Source of the DNA: Nitrospirota bacterium
GTDB taxonomy: Bacteria > Nitrospirota > UBA9217
Direction of reading: 5' to 3'
Assembly: GCA_963663225.1 (NCBI GenBank)
Contig: OY760142.1
Span: 544,001 to 608,000, forward strand
Length of the DNA: 64,000 bases
Made by a program: the position numbers and the translations under genes. This document shows, piece after piece, positions 1-10,974 of the stretch. Below the pieces are notes generated by a model. That model had not been told where the DNA came from and searched no databases. It was given only the letters and a program-made list of their open reading frames with translations. Every line of letters starts with the position of its first letter. Positions within the stretch are counted from its first letter, which is position 1.

Positions 1-827
1 CCTCCCACGGTAATGCTCGCACCTGCATTCCAAAGACCGGCACTCAGACAAAGCTGGATATTCGGACCGTCCGGATTGTGCCGGCCTATGATCGCGTCTG
101 AATGAAAACAATTACTCCGTCCTTTCTCTGTTTTTCGAACAATTTCCCTGCATAAACGGCAGAAGTTACTCGGCCGTGTAATTGGAGTCCCGTCCGGTTT
201 GGTGATAATTGATGATACGTTGTTTGCTTCGGCAAAAGCGTCCTGTATGCTTTGGATTTCTTCAATATTAAACAAATCGGTAAACGAAATATTTGCCGCG
301 TCATCAAGCGGCTTTATCAATGCGACAAGGCGTCTATGCAGGGTGTCTTCCGCGCGTCTGCGCTCCGTGGCATCGCGCGCTACAAGCACTGCATAATCCG
401 CACCGCTGAAGGACACTTGCTTGACTGTCATTTCAATCGGAATGTTGTCCCCGTCGCGTTTGCGAAATTCGGAAAGCACGACAATTCCCTCTCCCTGGTA
501 GTCGCCTGCATTCGTAAAAAAGATATGGATCTTTTCCGCGGCATCAGACGGAAGAAGAGCGCTTAACGGCTGGGCCAGCAATTCTTTGCGAGAATATCCC
601 AGTTGCCGGCAGGTGGAGGCGTTTACGTCAACAAGATGTCCGGAAGGTAGTTCGATCAGCAGTATGGCGTCCTGACTCTGGTCCAGCAGGGCCCTGAAGC
701 GCTCCAGTTCCGCATGTTGCTGTTGGAGCTCCGGGTAATAGCTTTTCCGGATGGACCGTTCTCCGAGGCCGATGATTTTGTCACGAGTGCTTTCCTTGTC
801 GGAATGAGGATCAGATGGCTTTTTCAT
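1..827 (-). CDS. PAS + PocR-domain sensor protein with ErcS-like N-terminus; runs off the left edge of the window (partial)
   Basis: Not in the ORF track; translated by hand from ATG at 827: MKKPSDPHSDKESTRDKIIGLGERSIRKSYYPELQQQHAELERFRALLDQSQDAILLIE...VARDATERRRAE (PAS/PAC), then FTDLFNIEEIQSIQDAFAEANNVSSIITKPDGTPITRPSNFCRLCREIVRKTEKGRSNCFHSD...CLSAGLWNAGASITVG (PocR-like). No stop before position 1. Overlaps the upstream ADH gene by 17 nt. Confidence 0.88.
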   Translation of the reverse strand, partial: MKKPSDPHSDKESTRDKIIGLGERSIRKSYYPELQQQHAELERFRALLDQSQDAILLIELPSGHLVDVNASTCRQLGYSRKELLAQPLSALLPSDAAEKIHIFFTNAGDYQGEGIVVLSEFRKRDGDNIPIEMTVKQVSFSGADYAVLVARDATERRRAEDTLHRRLVALIKPLDDAANISFTDLFNIEEIQSIQDAFAEANNVSSIITKPDGTPITRPSNFCRLCREIVRKTEKGRSNCFHSDAIIGRHNPDGPNIQLCLSAGLWNAGASITVG

Positions 828-1959
828 AGATCCCCTCGATCTCTTGCCGGGTCAAGCGGCGTGGGTTGGTCACGATGCAGGCGTCATGCATTGCTTTTTC
901 GGACAGATCGGGAATGTTGTTCCTCGCCAGCCCCATTTCACCGAGCTTTTTGGTGATGCCTGCTTCTCGCTGCAGCCGGGTTATTCCTTCTATCAGGACG
1001 GATTTTGCATCACTTGCCGGCAGACCCATGGCTTTCCCTATCTGTACATATCGGTCGGCAGCAGCGTTAAAATTAGCTTCAATGACATACGGCAACAGGA
1101 TGGCATTGGCCTCCCCATGGGCAAAGTCCAGAAAACCTCCCAGACTGTGGGCCAACGCATGAACGGCGCCCAGGCTGGCGTTTGAAAACGCCAGCCCCGC
1201 ATACAAGCTTGCGAGCATCATATGGCTTCGTATCTGCTGATCATCCGGCTGTTTTATCGCGGGTACGAGATACGCTGTCACCAGCCGGATGGCTTCCAGT
1301 GCGTGCAGATCGGTAATGGGAAAATGGGCATTGGAGACATACGCCTCAATTGCATGGACCAGCGCGTCCATGCCTGTCGCCGCAGTAAGACAGGCGTCCA
1401 TGGTTGTCGTGGTTTCAGGATCGATAAGGGAAACATCAGGCACAACGGTTTTGCTGATAATAGCTATTTTTACCCTGCGCCGCGCATCGGTTATTATAGC
1501 GAACTGGGAAAGGTCGGCGGAACTTCCTGCGGTTGTCGGAATGCAGATAAGCGGCGGTCCCGGAACCGGAACTTCATCAACTCCTTCAAAGGACAGAATA
1601 TTGTTCTTGTTTGAGCTGACGATGCCGATGCCCTTGGCGCAATCCATGGGGCTTCCGCCGCCTACGGCCACTATTGCGTTGCAGTCCTCATTCTGATAGG
1701 CTTGCGCTCCGGCCATCACTTCTTCTGCCTTCGGGTTTTCGGTAACCTGTGAAAAGCAAATGCATACAATTCCTTCCGCCTCCAGGCTTTCCATTACCTG
1801 CTGTGTCCATCCGGCAGACATAACTCCGGGATCAGTCACCACAAGCACTCTGCGAGCTCCGAGGTTTTTTGCATAACGGCCGGCAAGATGTCGCCCTCCT
1901 GTTCCAAAAATGAATTCAGGCGCAACAAACTTTCGTAATTCCAAAGTATCGGATGGCAT
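811..1959 (-). CDS. ercA: Iron-containing alcohol dehydrogenase, ErcA-like regulatory subfamily
   Basis: Fe-ADH motifs GGGSPMD, PTTAGS, GMDALVHAIE, HALAH and HG. The N-terminal LRKFVAPEFIFG and the overlap with a GLG..S.RKSYYPEL sensor match the ErcA/ErcS arrangement. SD GAGGGGG upstream. Confidence 0.85.
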   Translation of the reverse strand: MPSDTLELRKFVAPEFIFGTGGRHLAGRYAKNLGARRVLVVTDPGVMSAGWTQQVMESLEAEGIVCICFSQVTENPKAEEVMAGAQAYQNEDCNAIVAVGGGSPMDCAKGIGIVSSNKNNILSFEGVDEVPVPGPPLICIPTTAGSSADLSQFAIITDARRRVKIAIISKTVVPDVSLIDPETTTTMDACLTAATGMDALVHAIEAYVSNAHFPITDLHALEAIRLVTAYLVPAIKQPDDQQIRSHMMLASLYAGLAFSNASLGAVHALAHSLGGFLDFAHGEANAILLPYVIEANFNAAADRYVQIGKAMGLPASDAKSVLIEGITRLQREAGITKKLGEMGLARNNIPDLSEKAMHDACIVTNPRRLTRQEIEGIYEKAI

Positions 1960-2468
1960 ATGCTATCCCCCTCTGCAGACAAGGAATATTATTTAATCTT
2001 TTGTCAATCTCCCTCTTTTTGCCGGTAGTGCACTATGGTCTCTGCGGCTTTATTTCTCATTTACTTTTAATAGGTTACTACTTATCCCTGAACGACAGGT
2101 AAAACTCTCTCTGTAGTTGTTGCTACGGCAGGCTAAAAAAATGGCAGGAACTATTTGCATGAATTGTCGTTTGTTCCCGCCGGAAACTGCAATTACTTTT
2201 GAGAGAACGCATTTCTTTTTAAATATAGCAAAATTTTGATTTTTCCGTAGTTTTTTTTTGAATAAATACTTTTTTTGGTAATTTTGACAATTATTGTCTT
2301 TCAGCATATCTGATGGAAATTCGCTTGTAATTTGAGGTAATACGAATGGAGTCACCACCGGCAGGATCGGAAGATCCTTCGACAAAGGCGACCTTCCTCG
2401 CAAGAAGTCGAGGGATTCCCTGTCGCAGGGATTGAAGTGTTATATATTTTTTTGCGATCTTCGGATCT

Positions 2469-5400
2469 TTATTGCCCTTGTAAAATTTTCGCCACTTGAT
2501 CGGTCAGCTCATGAACGCGATATGGTTTTGAGACGACCCCTATAAATCCGTAGTCACGGTAGTTGGACAGAATAGAATCATTGGAATAACCGCTGGAAAC
2601 AATTGCCTTTACATTCGGGTCGATATTGATAAGTTCCTGTACGGTTTCTTTGCCTCCCATGCCGCCAGGAATGGTCAGGTCCATAATAACCACATCGAAG
2701 GATTTTTTTGATTGCATTGCCTGTACATATTTATTGATAGCTTCGGTACCGTCTTTTGCAAAATCGGTTTCATAACCGAAATAATTGAGCATCGCCCCTG
2801 CCACCTGCCTGATAATCTCTTCATCGTCCATGATGAGAACTCTGCCCTTGCCGGAGTCCATTTTCATTTCTTTTTCCTGCGACGGCGATTTGGCGGCTTG
2901 CAATTCGCTGGCAGGAAGATAGAAGCTAAAGAGAGTTCCCAATCCGACCTTGGACTCAACATTAATGTGCCCGTCGTGCTTTTTTATGATGGAGTAGACC
3001 GTGGCAAGACCCAGACCGGTGCCTTTTTCTTTTGTTGTAAAATAAGGATCAAAAACTTTTGCAATATCTTCTTGCGAAATACCCATGCCCTGGTCTTGTA
3101 TGACCACCTTCACGTACTGCCCGTGCTTTAATGCTGCGGCATTGTCTTCGCTGATCACTGCGTTTTCACAAGTCATGCGTATGACACCGCCGTTAGGCAT
3201 TGCCTGATCAGCATTAATCACAAGATTGCTGATGACCTGGCCGATCTGGCTTTTGTCCGCCTTTACCGACCAGAGGTTGTCAGGAATTAAAAATTCGCAT
3301 TTGGTTTTTGAGCCGCTCAATGACAGCTCAGTATATGTTTTTATCGCTTCTGCAAGATTGATTGTTTTAAGGACAGGTTCTCCTCCTTTTGCAAACGTTA
3401 TGAGCCTTTGGGTCAGATCTTTCGCCCCTAAAGAGGCCTTTTCTGCCGCATCAAGGCATTCCAAAATCCTCTCCCGGGGAGACAGCTTTGCCAGCGAAAT
3501 ATTGCCGAGAATTGCGGTCAGCAGATTATTAAAATCATGCGCTATGCCGCCGGCAAGCAATCCGATGGACTCCATCTTCTGACTCCGCAAAATTTCTTCT
3601 TCCATTTTCTTCCTATCCGTGATGTCACGGATGGATTCGATTGCTCCAATAACGGCTCCGGAGGAATCGTACAATGGCCCCGCCACGCCGAACATGTATG
3701 CCGCGCCGCGTTTGATGTTTTGCGTATACCCTTCACCGGTAACGATCATGCCGTTTCGTCCGATATAGGGATACAGCTCCTCCACTTCTTTGGACGACTT
3801 GAGCACCAGGTCAATCAACATGGGCCGCCGAATGCCGTAAAACGGAATGGAAATTTCGGAATTGCCTTTGCCGAGAATATCCTGCGCTTTCTTCCCTGTA
3901 TACTCTTCCGCGGCTCTGTTCCACAGAATAACCTCCCCTTTAAGATTAATGGCAAACGTCGGGTCCGGCAGAAAGTTGATAATTTCCGACAAGCGTTTTT
4001 CCGAATTTTTGAGAGACTCATTTAGCTTTTTTCGTTCAGTGATATCGATATTGACTCCTTCAATGAACGGGCTGCTTCTCATTTCTTCCTGCACCAGACG
4101 GGCGCTGACCGACATCCATATTTTCTCCTTGTCCTTGCGGTACACCTGCACTTCATATCCGGTCACTGAGCCATGTTCTAGAACGGCTGCACAATAATTA
4201 TCGTAATCCTCCGGGCGAACATAGAGCTCGTTGCGCATATCATGCAGGCATCCCAGAAGATCCTCGGGAGAATCGTATCCCAACATCCGGGCCTGAGCGG
4301 GATTCACACTCAAATAGCGTCCATCAAGAGAACTTTGGTAAATTCCTTCCCGTGCGTTTTCAAAAATGCTCTTATATTTTGCCTCGCTTTGGTGCAGTCC
4401 TTCAATGGTGCTTTTGAGCTTTGCAGTCATGATATTGAATGCGGAGGCCAGGGCTCCCACTTCGTCGCGGGATCGCACCTCAACTCTCTGGTCCAGATCT
4501 CCCTGTACAATGGTTTCAACTGCCCGGGTCATCTCTCTGACGGGACGGGCAATTGTCATGGCTGTAAAGATTCCGAGCAGTATCATCAGCGTGATGATAA
4601 TAGTCCCCGCGGTGACCATGGTACCGGTCATGCGATATCTGCCATCGGTCAGAATTTTCTGATACGATTGAAGTTCCTCCTCGTTGACACTGGCTCCAAT
4701 AATCCAGTCCCAGGGAGCATAATAAGCAATGCGGGCAACTTTCCAGTGCGGCTCCGCATCATCGCTGTTTTTCCAGCGATACCGTACCGTAGCCAATTCA
4801 CCGGGCTGCAGAGCGATGGCTTTATTAATAATTTCCTGAATCACGTAGCGGCTATCACTGTCCTTGACCTTCCAGACATCTTCCCCGTCGCGTTCACCCC
4901 GGAGAGAAATGACATAGCGGCCACGGCCTTCACCTTTTCCGCCCAGAACGTAGACGTATCCGGTCCGGCCGACTTTCGTCTGCAGGATGGCTTTGCGAAT
5001 GCGTGATTCAACGGTTTTTTGCTTAACGCCGACATACAGCATTCCCACCAGATAGCCGTTTCTGTCCTTGATCGGTTCATAGGCGGTCAGATACCACGCA
5101 TCCACGACAAACGCACGGCCATGATACGTCTTGCCCGACAGAATTGCTGAAATAACGGGATTGGGTGCGCCGTCTGGATTTACGGCAGGAATGTACGTTC
5201 CAATAGCCCGTTTCCCCTGCGCAGTCGTGACCGTGGTTGCGATGCGCAGCATGTCCCCCTGCTTGTTCATGCGTTGAAACAAGGTGGACGTTTCTCCGAC
5301 CCAATGCACGACATCGTCTATCACAGCGGTTTTAACAGCTGGACTTGTGTTCTGTCCCAGCCATTGGCCGCCCACCAGCATCTTGGGTAATTGGATACTA

Positions 5401-5744
5401 CGCCGTTTATTGGTAAACTGATCGACAGCAGTCCACATCACGTTTTCGTCTGCCAGAGTTACTTCGCCGGTGTCTTTAAGAATATGCCGTGCGACATTAA
5501 GGTTCACATCGAGTTGCTGCTGTACAGCGTCATTTTCAGTTTGAACGAGATAGGATGTTCCCAGCGTAATATGGTCCAGGTCGGCGTCAATCAATGCGTC
5601 AACTTTGCTCTGCGCAAGATTGTTGTATTGTGTGCTCTGCCATGTTGCCAGGATGATCAGAGCACATACGGTAATAAGAACGCTGACTGCACCCAGCAGC
5701 GCTATCTTGGCGCTCAGGTTGAAATTTTTAGTAAAGTCCATCAT
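2469..5744 (-). CDS. Membrane hybrid histidine kinase: Cache (Cache_3/Cache_2-type)-HAMP-2xPAS-HisKA-HATPase-REC
   Basis: Two TM segments. Periplasmic RAIGTYIP/GRAFVV/YLTAYEPI Cache signature, HAMP (DEVGALASAFN), H-box [16 protein letters not shown] and GTGLGL, C-terminal receiver (MDDE, DLTIPGGMGG, KPY). Confidence 0.93.
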   Translation of the reverse strand: MMDFTKNFNLSAKIALLGAVSVLITVCALIILATWQSTQYNNLAQSKVDALIDADLDHITLGTSYLVQTENDAVQQQLDVNLNVARHILKDTGEVTLADENVMWTAVDQFTNKRRSIQLPKMLVGGQWLGQNTSPAVKTAVIDDVVHWVGETSTLFQRMNKQGDMLRIATTVTTAQGKRAIGTYIPAVNPDGAPNPVISAILSGKTYHGRAFVVDAWYLTAYEPIKDRNGYLVGMLYVGVKQKTVESRIRKAILQTKVGRTGYVYVLGGKGEGRGRYVISLRGERDGEDVWKVKDSDSRYVIQEIINKAIALQPGELATVRYRWKNSDDAEPHWKVARIAYYAPWDWIIGASVNEEELQSYQKILTDGRYRMTGTMVTAGTIIITLMILLGIFTAMTIARPVREMTRAVETIVQGDLDQRVEVRSRDEVGALASAFNIMTAKLKSTIEGLHQSEAKYKSIFENAREGIYQSSLDGRYLSVNPAQARMLGYDSPEDLLGCLHDMRNELYVRPEDYDNYCAAVLEHGSVTGYEVQVYRKDKEKIWMSVSARLVQEEMRSSPFIEGVNIDITERKKLNESLKNSEKRLSEIINFLPDPTFAINLKGEVILWNRAAEEYTGKKAQDILGKGNSEISIPFYGIRRPMLIDLVLKSSKEVEELYPYIGRNGMIVTGEGYTQNIKRGAAYMFGVAGPLYDSSGAVIGAIESIRDITDRKKMEEEILRSQKMESIGLLAGGIAHDFNNLLTAILGNISLAKLSPRERILECLDAAEKASLGAKDLTQRLITFAKGGEPVLKTINLAEAIKTYTELSLSGSKTKCEFLIPDNLWSVKADKSQIGQVISNLVINADQAMPNGGVIRMTCENAVISEDNAAALKHGQYVKVVIQDQGMGISQEDIAKVFDPYFTTKEKGTGLGLATVYSIIKKHDGHINVESKVGLGTLFSFYLPASELQAAKSPSQEKEMKMDSGKGRVLIMDDEEIIRQVAGAMLNYFGYETDFAKDGTEAINKYVQAMQSKKSFDVVIMDLTIPGGMGGKETVQELINIDPNVKAIVSSGYSNDSILSNYRDYGFIGVVSKPYRVHELTDQVAKILQGQ

Positions 5745-5905
5745 AGCGTTACCGTATAAGGGAGCTCTTCCTCCTGCTTATTTTAAAATATATCACTTCC
5801 GTAAAGTATGGATAAGATCCGCATACTCCTTAAGTAATACTAAAACAACATCTGCTTTTCCGCTCCGACAGAACACGTTTTTTCTCTCGTTGCTGCATAT
5901 GTTAC

Positions 5906-5932
5906 TTATCGGCATTATCGCTTTTTTATTAA
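5906..5932 (-). promoter_or_regulatory. Putative sigma28 (FliA) promoter of the hybrid kinase
   Basis: Minus strand reads TTAA-N15-GCCGATAA: perfect -10, 3/4 match at -35, consensus spacing, about 160 nt upstream of the start. Confidence 0.6.
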
Positions 5933-6026
5933 GATAGGAGGGAAATTGATCGCTTTCCGATACACCGTTGCAAAAATCATATGGCGGTCTCAAGAGGGTT
6001 TCTGAGAAAAACCGAAATGGCCGTCG

Positions 6027-6054
6027 AAAACAAAAAAGCCCCGCGTGGGGGCTT
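6027..6054 (-). terminator. Intrinsic terminator of the ilv-psd-pssA-leuA operon
   Basis: Minus strand AAGCCCC-cacgc-GGGGCTT followed by TTTTGTTTT, downstream of the leuA stop. Confidence 0.8.
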
Positions 6055-6131
6055 GTGTCAGGATTTTTTGGAGACAAACGAAAGGGGAATAAGCCAATCA
6101 GCCGGAAAAAAATAATTTCGAGGAAATCACG

Positions 6132-7664
6132 TCAAGCGTCTTTCTCTCCGCCTTTTTTCCAGTATTCGAGCTTATTCAGTGCATTGACATATGCCTTGGC
6201 GCTCGCCACGATGATATCCGTGTCCGAGCCGTGGCCGGCAACCCGTTTACCCGCTTCTTCCACTTTTACCGTCACCTCGCCTAAAGCATCTGTTCCTCCC
6301 GTAATGCCCTTGACCAGATAGGCATTAAGCTGGCTTTTCGTCTTCGTGATTGCTGCAATAGTCCGGTAAACCGCATCAACCGGTCCGTCACCCTGTTCGG
6401 TCTGTTTTATTGTTTTCCCATCGACTTCCATTTCGACGGTGGCCGTGGGAGTGGTGCCCGTACCGCTTTCGGCGTGCAAGGACTTCAGAACATAGATTTC
6501 AATCATCTGTTTTGTTTTATCGGAGATAATGGCTTCAATGTCCTCGTTATACACTTCCTTCTTTTTGTCGGCAACCGCAAGAAAAGCTTCGTACACTTTT
6601 TCGAAATCGGCATCCGGCATCTCATATCCGAGTTCAGTAATACGGTGCCGGAGAGCGTGTCGGCCGGAACGCGCGGTAAGAACGATGGACGATCCCCCCA
6701 CGCCGACATCCGCCGGATCAATGATTTCATACGTTGAGCGCTCTTTGAGCACCCCGTCCTGATGAATTCCCGATGAGTGAGCGAAGGCGTTCGTCCCCAC
6801 AATGGCCTTATTGGGCTGTACCGCGATTCCGGTAATCGAGGCCACAAGCCGCGAGGTGCGCATGATCTCCTTGGTGTTGATTCGTGTGTCCGCGCCGAAA
6901 TATTCGCTGCGCTGGCGCAAAGCCATGACGACTTCTTCCATCGCGCAGTTTCCGGCGCGCTCCCCGATGCCGTTCACCGTGCACTCAACTTGTCCAACGC
7001 CGTTTTTAACACCGGCAAGGGCGTTTGCCGTTGCCATGCCAAGATCATTATGGCAGTGAACGGATATGGTGATCTTGTCGATACCGGGTACATTTTCGCG
7101 AAGGCCGCGTATAAGCGCTCCGAATTCCTCCGGGCAGGTATATCCGGTCGTATCCGGGATATTCACTACGGTTGCTCCTGCCTTGATTGCGACTTCTATC
7201 ATGCGGTACAGGAAAAGAGGGTCGGAACGGCCGGCGTCCTCGGCGTAAAATTCAACATCTTCAACAAAAGAACGTGCGAGTTTGACGGCGTTTTTCGCCA
7301 GATCAAGCGCCTCTTCGCGGCTGATCCGGAACTTGTATTTCAGATGATTGTCGGACACCCCGATGCCCGTATGAATGCGGGGGCGCTTTGCCGTTGACAG
7401 CGCATCCGCCGCAACTTCAATGTCCCTGGGTATGGCGCGCGACAGGCCGCAGACGATTACGGAATCCCCCACCTCTGCACCGATTTTTCGTACACTTTCG
7501 AAATCACCGGGGCTGGAAATGGGAAATCCCGCCTCGATGATATCAACTCCGAGCCGCACAAGCTGGCGGGCAAGTTCGATTTTTTCCGCGGTATTCATGC
7601 TTGCGCCCGGCGATTGTTCGCCGTCGCGAAGTGTCGTATCAAAAATTTGGACTATGCGGTTCAT
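6132..7664 (-). CDS. leuA: 2-isopropylmalate synthase
   Basis: [33 protein letters not shown] motifs and C-terminal regulatory domain (GDGPVDA). Start set at ATG 7664 behind SD GGAGGT. Confidence 0.96.
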   Translation of the reverse strand: MNRIVQIFDTTLRDGEQSPGASMNTAEKIELARQLVRLGVDIIEAGFPISSPGDFESVRKIGAEVGDSVIVCGLSRAIPRDIEVAADALSTAKRPRIHTGIGVSDNHLKYKFRISREEALDLAKNAVKLARSFVEDVEFYAEDAGRSDPLFLYRMIEVAIKAGATVVNIPDTTGYTCPEEFGALIRGLRENVPGIDKITISVHCHNDLGMATANALAGVKNGVGQVECTVNGIGERAGNCAMEEVVMALRQRSEYFGADTRINTKEIMRTSRLVASITGIAVQPNKAIVGTNAFAHSSGIHQDGVLKERSTYEIIDPADVGVGGSSIVLTARSGRHALRHRITELGYEMPDADFEKVYEAFLAVADKKKEVYNEDIEAIISDKTKQMIEIYVLKSLHAESGTGTTPTATVEMEVDGKTIKQTEQGDGPVDAVYRTIAAITKTKSQLNAYLVKGITGGTDALGEVTVKVEEAGKRVAGHGSDTDIIVASAKAYVNALNKLEYWKKGGEKDA

Positions 7665-7825
7665 CAGGACCTCCATGCATGCGCGGCATGCCGTACCAAT
7701 ACTCTCAGGTACATCAATGAAAATATCCGGAAAGAAAACGTCGTATTAAAGACTGGGGAGCCTCAGACACTTGCCAGAGTGTGTTTACGGGATCGAATCA
7801 TCCGCGGCGGCCGTTGTCGCCCACA

Positions 7826-8575
7826 CTAAGGAACAGCCGGCTTCTGCCGGCGCACCAGCTTATAGAGCGCTTCCACGAGGCCTGCTGCGACATAGAGGAT
7901 CAGAACCAGAAAGAGAACAATGGCTGGATGGTATGCCACGACCACTAGAAAAACGGCAATGGCGACAAGAATACCGAACGGACGCCGTTCCCGTAAATTC
8001 GCTTCTTTCAGGCCATGGTACGTGATGTTGCTTACCATAAGAGCGGCCACAAGACAGGTCAGTGCCAGCACCCAATAATCCTTGCCCGCCATCTCGGCCA
8101 GCTGCACCAGTTTGAAATTGATAAGAATCTCGATAATTTCTTCATAGGCAAGAACGGTCGTGACAACCATCAAGGCTGCTGCCGGTGAAGGGAGACCCGT
8201 AAAATGCTTTTTTTCGGTGCTGCCCATCTGGACGTTGAACCGGGCAAGGCGGAGTGCGGCACAGGCGACCAGAAAAAACGACCCAAGCCATCCGATTCGT
8301 CCAAAGGATGACAGCGACCACGTATATACAAGAATGCCGGGGGCGACCCCGAAGGAGATTACATCGGAGAGCGAGTCGATCTCAATGCCGAATCGCGTTG
8401 CCGTATGGGTGATTCTGGCGACCCAGCCGTCCAAAACGTCAAAGATGGAGGCAACCAGAATTGCCCATGCTGCGCGCTCATAATCGGAATTCAGGGAAGC
8501 CACAATCGAATAAAAGCCTGAAAACATGCTCAACAGCGTTATGAGGTTGGGAAGTATATAGATTCCTTTTCTCAT
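7826..8575 (-). CDS. pssA: CDP-diacylglycerol--serine O-phosphatidyltransferase
   Basis: CDP-alcohol phosphatidyltransferase motif DVLDGWVAR...FGIEIDSLSD, plus RLARFN and FTGLPSP. ATGA overlap with psd. Confidence 0.95.
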   Translation of the reverse strand: MRKGIYILPNLITLLSMFSGFYSIVASLNSDYERAAWAILVASIFDVLDGWVARITHTATRFGIEIDSLSDVISFGVAPGILVYTWSLSSFGRIGWLGSFFLVACAALRLARFNVQMGSTEKKHFTGLPSPAAALMVVTTVLAYEEIIEILINFKLVQLAEMAGKDYWVLALTCLVAALMVSNITYHGLKEANLRERRPFGILVAIAVFLVVVAYHPAIVLFLVLILYVAAGLVEALYKLVRRQKPAVP

Positions 8576-9216
8576 TTCAGCACCCCGATGACGTCCCGGG
8601 CCCCTTTGATTCTGTCTCCAAGGGCAACTTTGATTTCTGCGTTTTTCGGGAGGTAAATATCAACCCGCGAGCCGAAGCGGATAAGTCCATAGCGTTCGCC
8701 CGTCTTGATCGCATCCCCGGGCTTTGCATAGCACACAATGCGCCGTGCGATAAGCCCGGCGATCTGTTTCACCAGTATCTTGTGCTTCCCCTGTGCGATG
8801 ATCATTGCAGTCTGCTCATTGTCCAGCGAGGCTTTGTCAACCGAGGCAACGTGAAATTTTCCGGGGTTGTATTGCACAAGCTCGACTGTCCCCGAAATCG
8901 GCGAGCGATTTACATGTACATTGAACACCGAAAGAAAAATGCTGATTTGCTTTACATCCTGCTTGAGGTACGTCGGTTCATAAATATCCTTGATCACGAT
9001 CACTTTTCCGTCCGCAGGAGAAACAATCAGATCAGATCCATCGGGAACGGTCCTTTCCGGATCGCGAAAGAAAAAAACAACAAAGACCGTAAGCACAAGC
9101 ATCACGATCCCGATATTTTTCCAGCCAAAGATAAACAGCAGAATCGTGACGATCGCAAGCGGTATGATAAAAGGCCAACCCTCTGCAGCTATGGGGATGC
9201 CGTAGTTTTTCATCAT
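8572..9216 (-). CDS. psd: Phosphatidylserine decarboxylase proenzyme (short PSD type)
   Basis: FFRDPER, SPADG, HVNRSP and the RFGS self-cleavage motif. Start reassigned to MMKNYG (9216, or 9213). Confidence 0.94.
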   Translation of the reverse strand: MMKNYGIPIAAEGWPFIIPLAIVTILLFIFGWKNIGIVMLVLTVFVVFFFRDPERTVPDGSDLIVSPADGKVIVIKDIYEPTYLKQDVKQISIFLSVFNVHVNRSPISGTVELVQYNPGKFHVASVDKASLDNEQTAMIIAQGKHKILVKQIAGLIARRIVCYAKPGDAIKTGERYGLIRFGSRVDIYLPKNAEIKVALGDRIKGARDVIGVLK

Positions 9217-9333
9217 CAAAGGGCCCTTTCGTCGGTGCGCGGGAGAAATGATGCGGCGGCACGGAGAAGCAGTAACGGCATATACGATGCTGACCGCAAC
9301 CGCTTCTCGGGGCCATCTATTGCCCACACCGCG

Positions 9334-10392
<1,059 letters not shown>

Positions 10393-10452
10393 TTATGGAT
10401 TGGCGGATCGTGCACCACGAATGAAAAATCTCATCGTCCGCCCACGAGCGGA

Positions 10453-10926
10453 TCATTCGCGGGTGATCGCCACTTTTCCCGTACGCACAATTTCCTTAAT
10501 CCCGATAGGCTGAAGAAGTTCGATAAATGCGGCGATCTTCTTTTCATCCCCTGTCACCATGAAGGTATAGCTTTTCTGAGAGGAGTCAACCACCCGGCCG
10601 CGGAAAATGTCGGCAATTCTGAGCGCCTCGGCGCGGTGCTCCATCGGAGCATTCACTTTGACAAGGCACATTTCCCGCTCCACATATTCCTTGTCCGCCA
10701 GATCGGTGACCTTGATGACATCGATCAGCTTGTTGAGCTGTTTGATGATTTGCTCATAGATGTACTCATCTCCGGACGTCACAATCGTTATCTGTGAAAT
10801 TCCCGGATCAAGCGTCTGTCCGGAAGAAATGGTCTCTATATTGAACCCTCTTCCGCTGAAGAGCCCCGATATCCGCGTGAGCACCCCGAATTTATTTTCA
10901 ACCAGTATGGATATAATGTGTTTCAT
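10453..10926 (-). CDS. ilvN: Acetolactate synthase small (regulatory) subunit
   Basis: ACT domain [37 protein letters not shown]. Start could alternatively be 10956. Confidence 0.95.
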   Translation of the reverse strand: MKHIISILVENKFGVLTRISGLFSGRGFNIETISSGQTLDPGISQITIVTSGDEYIYEQIIKQLNKLIDVIKVTDLADKEYVEREMCLVKVNAPMEHRAEALRIADIFRGRVVDSSQKSYTFMVTGDEKKIAAFIELLQPIGIKEIVRTGKVAITRE

Positions 10927-10974
10927 CGTCAATCTTTCTTTTGCCGGTTTTTTCATGCACCGGCACCGGAACCG

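Noticed and set aside
2142-2160. TGGCAGGAACTATTTGCA as a sigma54 promoter
   Set aside because: GG-to-GC spacing is 12 rather than 10, and it is on the strand opposite to ercA.
2050-2440. 117-aa ORF and small hairpins (CCCTG/CAGGG, CCTCG/CGAGG) upstream of ercA, considered as a gene or riboswitch
   Set aside because: The ORF crosses poly-A/T promoter-like DNA. The hairpins lack the conserved cores of c-di-GMP, cobalamin, SAM or TPP riboswitches that I could recognise.
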